Positions 56,032-64,000 are shown, counted from the first letter of the stretch. The stretch is DNA of 64,000 nucleotides from Candidatus Limnocylindrales bacterium (GCA_049514315.1 JBEKVD010000007.1:11719-75718); one strand, 5' to 3'. The notes: generated from the sequence alone by a model not told the origin. Made by a program: numbers and translations.

Positions 56032-56391
56032 TCAGCTCCTGACCAGGCGACCAACGATGGCCACGATCTTCTCCTGCGCGGCTGCTTCCTCGACGCCACG
56101 CGATCGATTGCCCTGCTTTGGTCGAATGTTGATCATCGAGTCGAACTCGATCCAGTCGCCCTGGGCGTATTGCGACGGGTAGAGAGTGATGCCCCACAAG
56201 TCGACCTGGCTTGATCCGAGCCCCAGCAGGGCGGCCTCCTCGTCGGCATGCATCTCACCGCCGACGGCCATGATGCCCAGCCCGACGTCGACGACAGCCT
56301 TCACGAGGTTGCCGAATCCAGACTCTGCGAGCTCTCGGAGATAGTCGAGTGTCACGGACTCGCGGATCACTTCCACGTCGTCTGGCGGCAT
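56032..56391 (-). CDS. DUF5674-like protein (119 aa)
   Basis: ATG 56391 with GGAG upstream. FGNLVKAVVDVGLGIMAVGGEMHADEEAALL...WGITLYP...IEFDSMINIRPKQGNRSRGVE matches my recollection of DUF5674 family members. This needs HMM confirmation. Confidence 0.55.
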   Translation of the reverse strand: MPPDDVEVIRESVTLDYLRELAESGFGNLVKAVVDVGLGIMAVGGEMHADEEAALLGLGSSQVDLWGITLYPSQYAQGDWIEFDSMINIRPKQGNRSRGVEEAAAQEKIVAIVGRLVRS

Positions 56392-56539
56392 CTCTACTCC
56401 TTCGAGGCCACTATAGCGTCGGCGCGTCCGACAACTTCCACGCATTGGTGGGAGCCCAAGGGCGAACAGCGATGGCTTCGATCCTTCGGCTGGGCTGGAC
56501 TGCGATTCGGGGGGTAGCCGCGTCGACATGGTGGGGGAA

Positions 56540-56820
56540 TCCTCACGCCCTATCCGCCTGAGCTTCGGTCCAACCACGCTCACAAGCTCGTGGCGGCGCA
56601 CCGGCGGGCATGGTGGAGGAGGCGGGCCCGTGTGCGAATCCCGCTGCGGGAACAATCCGGTGACCGCCGCGAGTGACCAGCTGGATCATGGCGTGGACCC
56701 GAGCTTAGTGGCCCAGATCGCCGGCCACGCTAACGCCAACATCACCCGCCGCTTCTACGGCCACGTCCTAGACGGAAGGGCTTATGCTGCGGCGGAAACG
56801 CTCACGTTCTTCGTCTCAAA
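56540..56820 (+). pseudogene. Decayed C-terminal fragment of a tyrosine recombinase/integrase
   Basis: GVDPSLVAQIAGHANANITRRFYGHV matches the conserved C-terminal box II (LGH...T..Y.H) of phage-type integrases. The upstream RLSFGPTTLTSSW looks like a degraded HDLRHT.ASW box. There is no N-terminal domain and no proper start. Confidence 0.6.
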
Positions 56821-56950
56821 GAGTGCCCGACGCTCGGCCGCTGGAACGCCTCGAAAGAGTCCCGGAAGCGGGATAGTGCCCACCCAGGCGGACACTACGG
56901 ATAGTGTCCACCGGGGCACAATCGAGCGAAAACGAGCGTGAAATCACCGC

Positions 56951-57038
<88 letters not shown>

Positions 57039-57152
57039 CTCCAGCGCCCGATGCGCCGGAACCGGCGCCCTGCCGGTCGGCGTCATCCCGAGTCGGGCGG
57101 CCCGGGCATCGGCAGCCGAGCGGTCGTGGTCGCGGTCCTCCATACTCGGAGA

Positions 57153-58058
57153 ATGAGAGCCAGAAGGCCGTCGGTACTCGCCCGCGCCCGTGATGTAGTG
57201 CCGGTCTTCGCCATCGCCGGCATCGGCATCGCCGGCGTGTTCCTGGCGATGAACGTCCTGGTCACGGCTGCGCCGGTCGCAGTCGACCTGAGCCCGTCCC
57301 CGTCGACCAGCGCCTCGCCCTCCCTTCCGGCCTCGCCGTCCGCGCTGCCTTTCGCAAGCGCAACCTCGGTCGTCACGCCGGCCCCGACTGCTTCGCTGCC
57401 GGACTACCCGCCGACCTTCGTGAACTCGGCTGTGTCCGCCACCGACCCGAACGGCGTGTGGGATGTCTATCTGCGGTACCCGGCTTTCGTGAAGGGGACC
57501 ACGCCCTGGGCGGAATCGATCGACTCGAGCATCCTGACGGACGTTCAGACCAGGGCAGCCCAGTGGGAGGAGGGCCCGGCCTCGAACCGCCAGGCCCCCG
57601 GCAAGGTCAACACGCTGTACGGCTCTTTCACCACCGAGTTGCTGACCCCGGCCCTCGCTTCCTTCACTCTGACCTGGGAGGACAACAGCTCGCCGAGCGG
57701 GCCGGTAACCGGCGTGGAAACGCTCAACTTCGACCTGGGCACGGGTCAGCGGATCGCTTTCGAAGACCTGTTCACCGACCCCCAGGCTGCCCTGGCGGCC
57801 GTGTCCGCCAAAGCGCTGTCGCTCCTTCAAGTCGAGCTTGGGGCGAGCTACGAACCGACGATAGCGGTTGAAGGGACGAGTCCGGCACCGGCAAACTACG
57901 TCAACTGGGCTTTGACGCAAGCCGGCATCAAGATCACGTTCGACCCCTACCAGGTCTCGTCGAGCGGAACCGAGTTGCCCACGGTCGTCGTGCCTTGGGC
58001 CTCCCTGCTCCCGGTGATGGTCCCGACCGGTCCGGTCGCGGCGCTGGCCGGCTTGTAG
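57153..58058 (+). CDS. Membrane-anchored DUF4163/DUF3298 (RsiV-like) protein, paralog of 51566..52396
   Basis: N-terminal TM, Ser/Pro linker, then YPAFVKG...IDSSILTDV and RIAFEDLFTDP...GIKITFDPYQVSSSGTELPTVVVPWASLLPV. Confidence 0.6.
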   Translation: MRARRPSVLARARDVVPVFAIAGIGIAGVFLAMNVLVTAAPVAVDLSPSPSTSASPSLPASPSALPFASATSVVTPAPTASLPDYPPTFVNSAVSATDPNGVWDVYLRYPAFVKGTTPWAESIDSSILTDVQTRAAQWEEGPASNRQAPGKVNTLYGSFTTELLTPALASFTLTWEDNSSPSGPVTGVETLNFDLGTGQRIAFEDLFTDPQAALAAVSAKALSLLQVELGASYEPTIAVEGTSPAPANYVNWALTQAGIKITFDPYQVSSSGTELPTVVVPWASLLPVMVPTGPVAALAGL

Positions 58059-58242
58059 GACCTGACGCGGATCTCGACGGCGACATTCTTGATCGCCTCG
58101 CCGGCGCGTCGCCGGGGCGAAGCCTGACACGGCCGCCCGAGGTCCGTAGACTTGGCGCTGTCCGATCGGGCAGCCGAACGGTTGCAGGTCGGCCACGACA
58201 CACCGAACTCAGGGTGTTCGGTCCCGCTCATCGGAGGGCCAA

Positions 58243-59175
58243 ATGGCGGCTGAGTACAACGCTACGGTGTCGAGCCGGGTCGAAGTCGCGCCCGGCCTCA
58301 TCATCCTGCGGGTCGCGCCGGACAGGCTGCCGTTCGAGTTCAAGGCGGGTCAGTACGTCGTCCTGGGTCTCAAGGCCTCGGAGCCGCGCATCGACGAGTC
58401 GGAGACGGAGGCGCCGGGCGTGGTCGCCTCGGCTGCCGTCGAATCGCCGCGCCCCGGTGCGGCCGGACTCGTCCCGGGCGATATCGCCGGAACGCCGGAG
58501 AGCCGGGCGGCGGTGGACGCGCAGGCCGCGGCGGTGGTGCGCGCCGCGGCAGATCCCGACCGGATGATCCGCCGCGCTTACTCGATCGCATCGGAAAGCC
58601 GCGCCGACGAATACCTCGAGTTCTACCTCACCGTCGTCATGAGCGGCGATCTCACGCCCAGGCTCTTCAACCTCAAGATCAAGGATCGGCTGTACGTCGG
58701 GCCCAAGGCGGTCGGCGTCTTCACGCTCGACAAGGCTCCCGGCAAGCACATCCTGATGATCGGGACGGGCACCGGGCTGGCCCCGTACATGTCGATGCTT
58801 CGAAGCGAGCTGGTCTGCAATGGATCGCGCAAGTTCGTGATCGTGCACGGAGCCCGGTTCTCATGGGACCTGGGCTACCGCACCGAGTTGACCGGCCTGG
58901 CGCGCCACTGCTCCAACTTCCACTACATGCCCGTGATCACGCGGCCGCAGGAGGACGTGACCTGGCGTGGCCGGAGCGGGTATCTCCAGAACCTCATCGC
59001 CTCCGGCGCGATAGAGGAGGAGACCGGGCTGCCGCTCACACCCGAGAACTTCGACATCTTCCTGTGTGGTAACCCGGGCATGATCGAGACCGTGCTCAGC
59101 TGGGCGGAGGGTCGCGGCTTCGTTCGCGACAAGGGCCACGATATCGGCACGCTCCACACGGAGGAGTACTGGTAG
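58243..59175 (+). CDS. Ferredoxin--NADP(+) reductase-type FAD/NAD(P)-binding oxidoreductase
   Basis: RAYSIAS (RxYS FAD motif), MIGTGTGLAPYMSML (NADP motif), and C-terminal HTEEYW. Confidence 0.85.
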   Translation: MAAEYNATVSSRVEVAPGLIILRVAPDRLPFEFKAGQYVVLGLKASEPRIDESETEAPGVVASAAVESPRPGAAGLVPGDIAGTPESRAAVDAQAAAVVRAAADPDRMIRRAYSIASESRADEYLEFYLTVVMSGDLTPRLFNLKIKDRLYVGPKAVGVFTLDKAPGKHILMIGTGTGLAPYMSMLRSELVCNGSRKFVIVHGARFSWDLGYRTELTGLARHCSNFHYMPVITRPQEDVTWRGRSGYLQNLIASGAIEEETGLPLTPENFDIFLCGNPGMIETVLSWAEGRGFVRDKGHDIGTLHTEEYW

Positions 59176-59281
59176 ATCGCCGGCGGCAGCGGTAGCGTGC
59201 ATCGTGTCGTCCGAGACTGCTTGCGGGCTCGCGACTGCCTCGCGGCTGCAGCCTGTCCGGCACAGCCTGTCCGGCACCCGT

Positions 59282-59310
59282 TTGACACTCGGCGGGGCTC
59301 AGCCTAGACT
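59282..59310 (+). promoter_or_regulatory. Near-consensus sigma-70 promoter (TTGACA-17 nt-TAGACT) driving the T-box leader
   Basis: The hexamers are read directly. The predicted TSS at about 59317 lies just upstream of T-box Stem I. Confidence 0.6.
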
Positions 59311-59332
59311 CCGCGCCACATCCGAATACGGG

Positions 59333-59654
59333 CTGCGATCGGGACGAGTACCTCCGGGCGCCGGGCTAGAGAACCAGCGGTTGGTGCAAGCTGGAGCGGC
59401 GGACGGTGCGAATGGACCCGTGAGCCTCCGGACCGAACCGCGAGCTTCCAGGGCTCGCCAGTAGGCTCCGGCGCAAAGCGCCAGCGATACAGGGCAGCAC
59501 CGATCGGCAGGAGTCGCGCCGGCGGGACGAAGCGGGGCCGCTTCGAGCCGCAAGCGCGAGAGCCCGACCCGTCGGCCGGAGAGCGGCATCGCCGAATGTG
59601 GGTGGCACCGCGGAAGGATCGACCTTTCGTCCCTTGACGAAAGGTCTTTTGATT
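59333..59654 (+). promoter_or_regulatory. T-box riboswitch leader with UGG (Trp) specifier and an intact terminator/antiterminator
   Basis: Stem I base and K-turn: GCGAUCGGGACGAGUA (59335-59350) pairs with CCCGUGAGC (59417-59425). AG bulge AGAGAA at 59368-59373. Distal hairpin CCAGC-GGUUGGUGCAA-GCUGG. Specifier loop GAA-UGG-A at 59410-59416. T-box sequence GAAUGUGGGUGGCACCGCGG at 59594-59613, where UGGC fits the G73 discriminator of tRNA-Trp. The alternative antiterminator helix CGGAAGG/CCUUUCG competes with the terminator. Confidence 0.85.
59621..59654 (+). terminator. Intrinsic terminator of the T-box leader
   Basis: Perfect 11-bp stem GACCTTTCGTC-CCTT-GACGAAAGGTC followed by TTTTGATT. Confidence 0.85.
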
Positions 59655-59768
59655 CCTGCCGCACCGGGTCGGGCAGCAAGGACCGGCGGCGGCCACTGCA
59701 GCCACCGTCGCCGCCGGGGTGTGTCGATGACGGCGTCCTCGCGCCGAGCGACTGCCGCCGGCAATCGT

Positions 59769-59806
59769 GGCGCGGCCGCGCCAGCCCCAACGGGCGCGGC
59801 CGCGCC
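59769..59806. terminator. Strong GC hairpin: two copies of the palindromic 14-mer GGCGCGGCCGCGCC separated by 10 nt. Likely 3' end structure of the minus-strand aro operon.
   Basis: Read directly. No U-tract on either strand. It lies between the T-box terminator and the convergent operon. Confidence 0.35.
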
Positions 59807-59857
59807 GCCCCCACTCGTCGGAGCTCTGGGTGAGGCCGGCGCACGCCGCCGGAGCGG

Positions 59858-60037
59858 TCAGCCCCGGCTCGGGCCCTCGCGGTCGCCCCTCCGGAGCAGT
59901 CGTGATACGAATCGCGAGGGGCCACCCGGCAGGAGACGGCCCGCGAGCGCAAGGAGTGCTGCCAGGACGAAGAGGCCCAGCAGCGCAGCCACGGTTGGCG
60001 TCCGCATGCTTCGCCGATCGGCTCGCGGCTCGTCCAT
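59858..60037 (-). CDS. Possible small single-TM protein (59 aa) at the 3' end of the aro operon
   Basis: ATG 60037 is preceded by AGGAG at short spacing. Contains the hydrophobic helix TVAALLGLFVLAALLALAG. Weak evidence. Confidence 0.25.
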   Translation of the reverse strand: MDEPRADRRSMRTPTVAALLGLFVLAALLALAGRLLPGGPSRFVSRLLRRGDREGPSRG

Positions 60038-60074
60038 CGACTCCTGCCCCGGCTGCTGGGTGGGCCCGTCCACC

Positions 60075-60344
60075 CTAGGTCTCGGTTTCCTCGAGACGCT
60101 TGATAGTCTCGATGAGTTGACGGTAGAGCGCCAGCAGGGAGTCCTGCGGAAGCGGGCCCTCGTTGGCCATCCCAACGCGGACCAGGACCTCGCGTTCGCG
60201 GTCCGGATCGGTGACGGGCCGGCCGAGCCTCTTCTTCGCCTTGCCGGCCTCCAGCCCGAGTCGGGCCCGGCGGTTGAGTAGCCGGACGATCTCGCGGTCG
60301 AGCAAATCGATCTCGGAGCGGAGGGCTTCAAGGTCCTGGGTCAT
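60075..60344 (-). CDS. Chorismate mutase (AroQ-class, CM_2 domain, monofunctional)
   Basis: LEALRSEIDLLDREIVRLLNRRARLGLEAGKAKK...RERE is the canonical helical CM signature. ATGA overlap with the dehydroquinase gene. Confidence 0.88.
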   Translation of the reverse strand: MTQDLEALRSEIDLLDREIVRLLNRRARLGLEAGKAKKRLGRPVTDPDREREVLVRVGMANEGPLPQDSLLALYRQLIETIKRLEETET

Positions 60345-60784
60345 CGAGCGCTTCCGGGGCGGGTTCGGTCGGCGATAAGTTCGAGGGCGGCGGTGTAGCC
60401 GGCCGCGCCCCGGCCGACGATCCGGTCTTCGGCGATGTCGCGGAGCAAGTTGACGCGGCGAAACGGCTCCCGCTCGTCGGGATCGGAGATGTGGACCTCC
60501 ACGAACGGCAGACCGACGCCCTTGAGCGCGTCCCGCAGCGAGACGCTGGTGTGCGTCAGGCCGCCGGCATTGACGACCGCCCAGTCGAAGTCGCGCGCGT
60601 GCAGTCGATCGATCAGGGCGCCTTCGTGATTCGACTGGAAGCATTCGACTTCCAGGCCGAGCTCGGCGCCTCGTCGCCGAAGGCCGGCCTCGATCTCCGC
60701 CAGCGTGGTGCGGCCGTAGATCTCCGGTTCCCGGGCGCCCAGGAGATTGAGATTAGGGCCGTTGAGGACGAGGACGCGGGTCAT
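60341..60784 (-). CDS. aroQ: Type II 3-dehydroquinate dehydratase
   Basis: VLVLNGPNLNLLGAREPEIYG...NAGGLTHTSVSLRDA. Confidence 0.93.
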   Translation of the reverse strand: MTRVLVLNGPNLNLLGAREPEIYGRTTLAEIEAGLRRRGAELGLEVECFQSNHEGALIDRLHARDFDWAVVNAGGLTHTSVSLRDALKGVGLPFVEVHISDPDEREPFRRVNLLRDIAEDRIVGRGAAGYTAALELIADRTRPGSAR

Positions 60785-62458
60785 TTAGACTCGCCCTCGG
60801 GCCGAACCGGCTGCGGCGTCTCCGCGGCGCCCCGGGGGTGCGACCCTGAGCGCCGCTGCCAGCCCGGCCTCGACCGCCTTCGGCGGAACGTCCGAACGGA
60901 CGACGACCCCGGACTCGGTTGGGAGAACCCAGCTCAGTCGGCCCCCGGCATGCTTCTTGTCGGTCGCCACGTGCTCCAGGACCGCCTCGCGCGTGACCGC
61001 CGGGGGCTCCACTCCGAGTTCGAGCCTGTCGAGGAGGCGATTCACGCGCTGGGCCCGCCCGGCCTTCGTCAGGCGCATCGCCACGGCAATGGCGAATGCG
61101 CCGCGCAATCCGTACGCCACCGCCTCGCCATGCAGGATGGCCCTGTATCCGGCGGCGGCTTCGATGCCGTGGCCTATCGTGTGGCCCAGGTTGAGCGCCG
61201 TGCGCACCCCGACGTCGCGCTCGTCTGCGGTCACGAGTTCCACCTTGGCCCAGGCGCAGCGCTCCACGATCTCGGCGAGAGCTCCTGACTCGAGCGGCCC
61301 GGAGTCGCCTTGTACGAACGCCTCGCCCTCCTCCTCGACGAGCTCGAGCAGTCGATCGTCGCCCAGGACGGCCATCTTGACGACCTCGCCCAGGGCCGCG
61401 CGGCGGAGCCTGGCCGGCAGAGTGGTCAGGAAGGCGACGTCTGCGATGACGGCGGCGGGTTGGTGGAAGGCGCCGATGAGGTTCTTGCCCTCGGGAATGT
61501 CCACGGCCGTCTTGCCGCCGAGAGCGGCGTCGATCTGACCGACCAGGGTCGTGGGCACGTTGACGACCGTCACGCCCCGCAGGTAGGTCGCCGCGATGAA
61601 CCCGGCCGCGTCGGTGAGGGCGCCGCCTCCGATCGCGACGAGGGTCTCGTTGCGATCGACGTGGAGGCGAGCCAGGGTCCGGCAGGCTCGTTCGATGACG
61701 GGCATCCGCTTGGCGTTCTCGCCGCGTGGCAGGATGACTGTCTCCACGTCCCAGTCGTCGGCGGCAAGCGCCGCGGCTATCCCCGCCCCGGCAACTTCCC
61801 AGGTGCGTGGCTCGGCCAGCAGGATTGCCCGGCGGGCCTCGGCCCGGGTGAGAGCGGAGCCGACGGCCGTGGCGGCGATCCCGCAGCCGATCTCCACCCG
61901 ACCCGTCACCGTGTCGGCCCGAAGCACGGTCACGGCCGGGCCTGAAGCATCGCCGAGATGCCCTTCCAGAGTCCGCAGTATGTCCTCTACGTTGGCGGTG
62001 CCATTGATCTGCAGCGCCGGTGCGTAGAAGCGGCGTCGATCCTCGGCCAGCTGTCTGAGCGTACCAACGGTGTCGCGGCCGGCCAGGAGCGGGCGCACGT
62101 TCGCGCTCCTGCCGAGGCGGCCGGCGAGGGCCTCGGGCGAGCCGTCGAGCCAGACGGGGAAGCGGCCTCGGTAGAGCAGCCAGCGGTTGTGCGGCTCGAT
62201 GACCGCGCCCCCGCCGGTGGCCACGACCCGCCGCAGCTCCCGGTCGGGATCCGCGGGACCGAGCGAGAGGATCGCTTCGCTTTCGTGGCGGCGGAACCCT
62301 GTCTCACCCTCTTCGGCGAATATCGCAGGCACGGACTTCCCAACGCGGCCCTCGATGAGTTCGTCGAGGTCGATGAAAGTGGCGTCGTGTCGACCGGCGA
62401 GCCGGCGTCCCACCGCGCTCTTGCCGCTGCCGGGCAGGCCGACCAGGATCAGGTCCAG
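60785..62458 (-). CDS. aroKB: Bifunctional shikimate kinase / 3-dehydroquinate synthase (AroK-AroB fusion)
   Basis: AroB core: GGGALTDAAGFIAATYLRGV...GKNLIGAFHQP. AroK region: GRRLA...FIDLDELIE...FRRHE. The kinase P-loop GLPGSGKS is encoded at 62440-62417, upstream of the first canonical start (GTG 62413). The 5' end is therefore placed provisionally at CTG 62458. Confidence 0.85.
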   Translation of the reverse strand: MDLILVGLPGSGKSAVGRRLAGRHDATFIDLDELIEGRVGKSVPAIFAEEGETGFRRHESEAILSLGPADPDRELRRVVATGGGAVIEPHNRWLLYRGRFPVWLDGSPEALAGRLGRSANVRPLLAGRDTVGTLRQLAEDRRRFYAPALQINGTANVEDILRTLEGHLGDASGPAVTVLRADTVTGRVEIGCGIAATAVGSALTRAEARRAILLAEPRTWEVAGAGIAAALAADDWDVETVILPRGENAKRMPVIERACRTLARLHVDRNETLVAIGGGALTDAAGFIAATYLRGVTVVNVPTTLVGQIDAALGGKTAVDIPEGKNLIGAFHQPAAVIADVAFLTTLPARLRRAALGEVVKMAVLGDDRLLELVEEEGEAFVQGDSGPLESGALAEIVERCAWAKVELVTADERDVGVRTALNLGHTIGHGIEAAAGYRAILHGEAVAYGLRGAFAIAVAMRLTKAGRAQRVNRLLDRLELGVEPPAVTREAVLEHVATDKKHAGGRLSWVLPTESGVVVRSDVPPKAVEAGLAAALRVAPPGRRGDAAAGSARGRV

Positions 62459-62461
62459 CTC

Positions 62462-63796
62462 TTACTCGCTTTCTGCAGGCGCCGCGCGGCCGGGGCGGGG
62501 GGTTGCGGCAGGTTTCTCCATCGGCCGGCCCGGCCGCGTTCCCGGTCCTGCTCCCGGTCCCGTGGCCGGCCCCGGGCGCTGTCCCGGGCTCTGGCCGATG
62601 ATCCCCCGAAATCGGGCCATGTTGTCGAGCGTTTCGGTAAGCGAATCGCCGCCGAACTTGTCGAGCGCGGCGTCGGCAAGGGTCAGGCAGACCATCGCCT
62701 CGGCTATGACGCCGGCCGCCGCCACGACGCAGATGTCGCTGCGCTCGTAGTGGGCCTTCTCGACCGGCCGGCCGGTGACGAGGTCGGCCGATGGCAGCGG
62801 ACGCGGCAGCGTGGGGATCGGCTTGACCGCGCCCCTGATCACGATCGGCTGGCCGTTGGAGATGCCGCCCTCGAGTCCGCCCGCGTTGTTCGAGCGCCGG
62901 CCCCAGTTGCCGGCTTCGTCGTGTCCCACGATCACGTCCATCACGAGCGAGCCACGCCGTCGCGTCTGTTCGAACCCGAGCCCGAACTCGACGCCCTTCA
63001 CGATCGGGATGCTCATGACGGCCGCGGCAAGGGCCGCGTCCAACCGGCGGTCCCAGTGGACGTAGCTGCCAAGGCCCATCGGGACGCCGGTGGCCGTCAC
63101 TTCGAAGACGCCGCCCACGGTGTCGCCGGCGGCTCGCGCTTCGTCGATACGGGCGATCATCCGCCGCTCCGCGCCGGCGTCCGGGCAGCGCAGCGGGCTC
63201 GCCTCCGTCTCCGTGCGTGAGCGGGTGGCTTCGGCCGGGTCGTAAGCGACGCCGTTCACCTCTGCCGTGAACGACCGCACGTCGATGTCCAGCTTCGCAA
63301 GCAACGCCCGGGCCACGGCTCCGGCCGCCACCCGGGCCGCCGTTTCCCGGGCCGAGGCGCGCTCAAGCACGTTGCGAACGTCGACAAAGCCGTACTTGGT
63401 GGCTCCTGCGAGGTCCGCGTGACCGGCCCGCAGGCGCGTGACCGGGGCGGCCTTCGCCTCGCCGGCTTCGGCCAGCGCCGCCAGCTCGACGGCCTGCTCG
63501 TTGGTGAGCGGCTCGACCTGCATGACGCGTGTCCAGTTAGCCCAATCGCGGTTTCGAATAAGAAGCAGAATCGGCGAGCCTATGGTCAGCCCGTGTCGGA
63601 CGCCGGCCAGGATCTCGGCCCGGTCCCGCTCGATCGAAGTGCTGCGCGCGCCACGGCCGTAGCCACGCTGGCGACGGGCCAGGTCGGCCGCTATGTCGTC
63701 CGCGGTGAGCGGAAGGCCCGCCGGAACCCCTTCGATCGTGGCTGCCAGGGTGGGCCCATGCGACTCACCGGCGGTCAGGAAGCGAAGGCGGCCCAT
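62462..63796 (-). CDS. aroC: Chorismate synthase
   Basis: [28 protein letters not shown]...[17 protein letters not shown]. Confidence 0.93.
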   Translation of the reverse strand: MGRLRFLTAGESHGPTLAATIEGVPAGLPLTADDIAADLARRQRGYGRGARSTSIERDRAEILAGVRHGLTIGSPILLLIRNRDWANWTRVMQVEPLTNEQAVELAALAEAGEAKAAPVTRLRAGHADLAGATKYGFVDVRNVLERASARETAARVAAGAVARALLAKLDIDVRSFTAEVNGVAYDPAEATRSRTETEASPLRCPDAGAERRMIARIDEARAAGDTVGGVFEVTATGVPMGLGSYVHWDRRLDAALAAAVMSIPIVKGVEFGLGFEQTRRRGSLVMDVIVGHDEAGNWGRRSNNAGGLEGGISNGQPIVIRGAVKPIPTLPRPLPSADLVTGRPVEKAHYERSDICVVAAAGVIAEAMVCLTLADAALDKFGGDSLTETLDNMARFRGIIGQSPGQRPGPATGPGAGPGTRPGRPMEKPAATPRPGRAAPAESE

Positions 63797-63805
63797 GGGG
63801 CGGTC

Positions 63806-64000
63806 CTAGGTGGGACGACCGGCCGTCGTGCCGCCGGCTGCCGGCATATCGGCGGCGTCACCGGTCGCAGCGGCCGCGCCGCCGCCACCGTTCGCGTTCG
63901 CGGCCCAACCCATGTCCACGGGAAGCTGGCGGGCGCCCTGCTCGCGAGCCCGGTCGAGCGCGGCCTGCATGACCTCAATCGGAGCCGCCCGGCCCGTCCA
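63806..64000 (-). CDS. aroE: 3' end of a gene continuing beyond the window, probably shikimate dehydrogenase
   Basis: The frame is open to the window edge and ends at TAG 63806-63808. ...WTGRAAPIEVMQAALDRA resembles the AroE C-terminus (LWTG..P.E.M..AL), and the position upstream of aroC fits. Confidence 0.45.
   Translation of the reverse strand, partial: WTGRAAPIEVMQAALDRAREQGARQLPVDMGWAANANGGGGAAAATGDAADMPAAGGTTAGRPT

Noticed and set aside
59300-59700. RNase P RNA, tmRNA, SRP RNA or a cobalamin riboswitch (GCCACTG at 59691) as the identity of the structured non-coding region after the FNR gene.
   Set aside because: - There is no GGAAAGUCCGG/ACAGAA-CCGGCUUA pair, which would mark RNase P.
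- There is no tRNA-like GGUUCGA...CCACCA 3' end, which would mark tmRNA.
- There is no GGAAGGAAGCAGC, which would mark SRP RNA.
- There are no GGGAA...GGUGAAAUCC or B12-box elements.

The region fits the T-box architecture element by element.
59598-60281. Plus-strand ORFs downstream of the T-box (59598..60281 and 59767..60078) as the regulated gene.
   Set aside because: - Their translations are Arg/Pro/Ala/Gly-rich.
- They overlap the T-box terminator, or lie antisense to chorismate mutase.
- They have no RBS.

They are not credible coding sequences.

Overview
A visibly high-GC bacterial chromosomal segment, with Arg/Pro/Ala-rich spurious ORFs in nearly every off-frame. The gene content looks Terrabacteria-like (Chloroflexota, Actinomycetota or similar), but the lineage cannot be fixed from sequence alone. 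Most of the window is core metabolism and housekeeping. I support about 50 CDSs:

- **Start of window to the Lhr region:** an FtsX-type ABC permease (5' partial), BioY, Ku, MerR followed by two MFS exporters, a GNAT, an AcuC/HDAC-type deacetylase with a C-terminal GNAT-like extension, DoxX and Lhr helicase.
- **Envelope and central metabolism:** an operon of a zinc-ribbon protein, a GT87-like membrane protein and a NodB deacetylase lipoprotein, then MFS, DegV and glutamate dehydrogenase.
- **CoA pathway and neighbours:** a coaX-coaBC-panB-panC operon, an NCS2 purine permease, an M16 peptidase and Ndk.
- **lepB region:** lepB followed by two unusual membrane proteins, and a Big/TolB-like surface protein.
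- **PPase to MarR region:** H+-PPase, UppP, ArgR, a serine hydrolase, GreA, class I LysRS, SerS, an SDR, and a MarR plus MFS pair.
- **tRNA region to the end of the window:** tRNA-Ser(UGA) beside a decayed integrase, FNR, and a minus-strand shikimate operon (aroE', aroC, aroK-aroB, aroQ, chorismate mutase).

The most interesting signal is at 59.28-59.65 kb. It is a complete, promoter-driven T-box leader with a UGG (Trp) specifier and an intact terminator/antiterminator. No same-strand ORF follows it. It points head-on into the 3' end of the chorismate mutase/shikimate operon, which suggests tRNA-Trp-gated antisense control of the chorismate branch point.

Other notable items:
- The shikimate kinase P-loop lies upstream of any canonical start codon and in frame with aroC across a single TAA.
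- A roughly 0.9 kb intergenic cluster holds at least six different tandem-repeat families.
- A possible deacetylase-acetyltransferase fusion.
- A degenerate NuoN/MrpD-like protein translationally coupled to an unknown membrane partner.
- A PD-(D/E)xK-like protein sits upstream of Ku.

No CRISPR array, rRNA or intact mobile element was seen.
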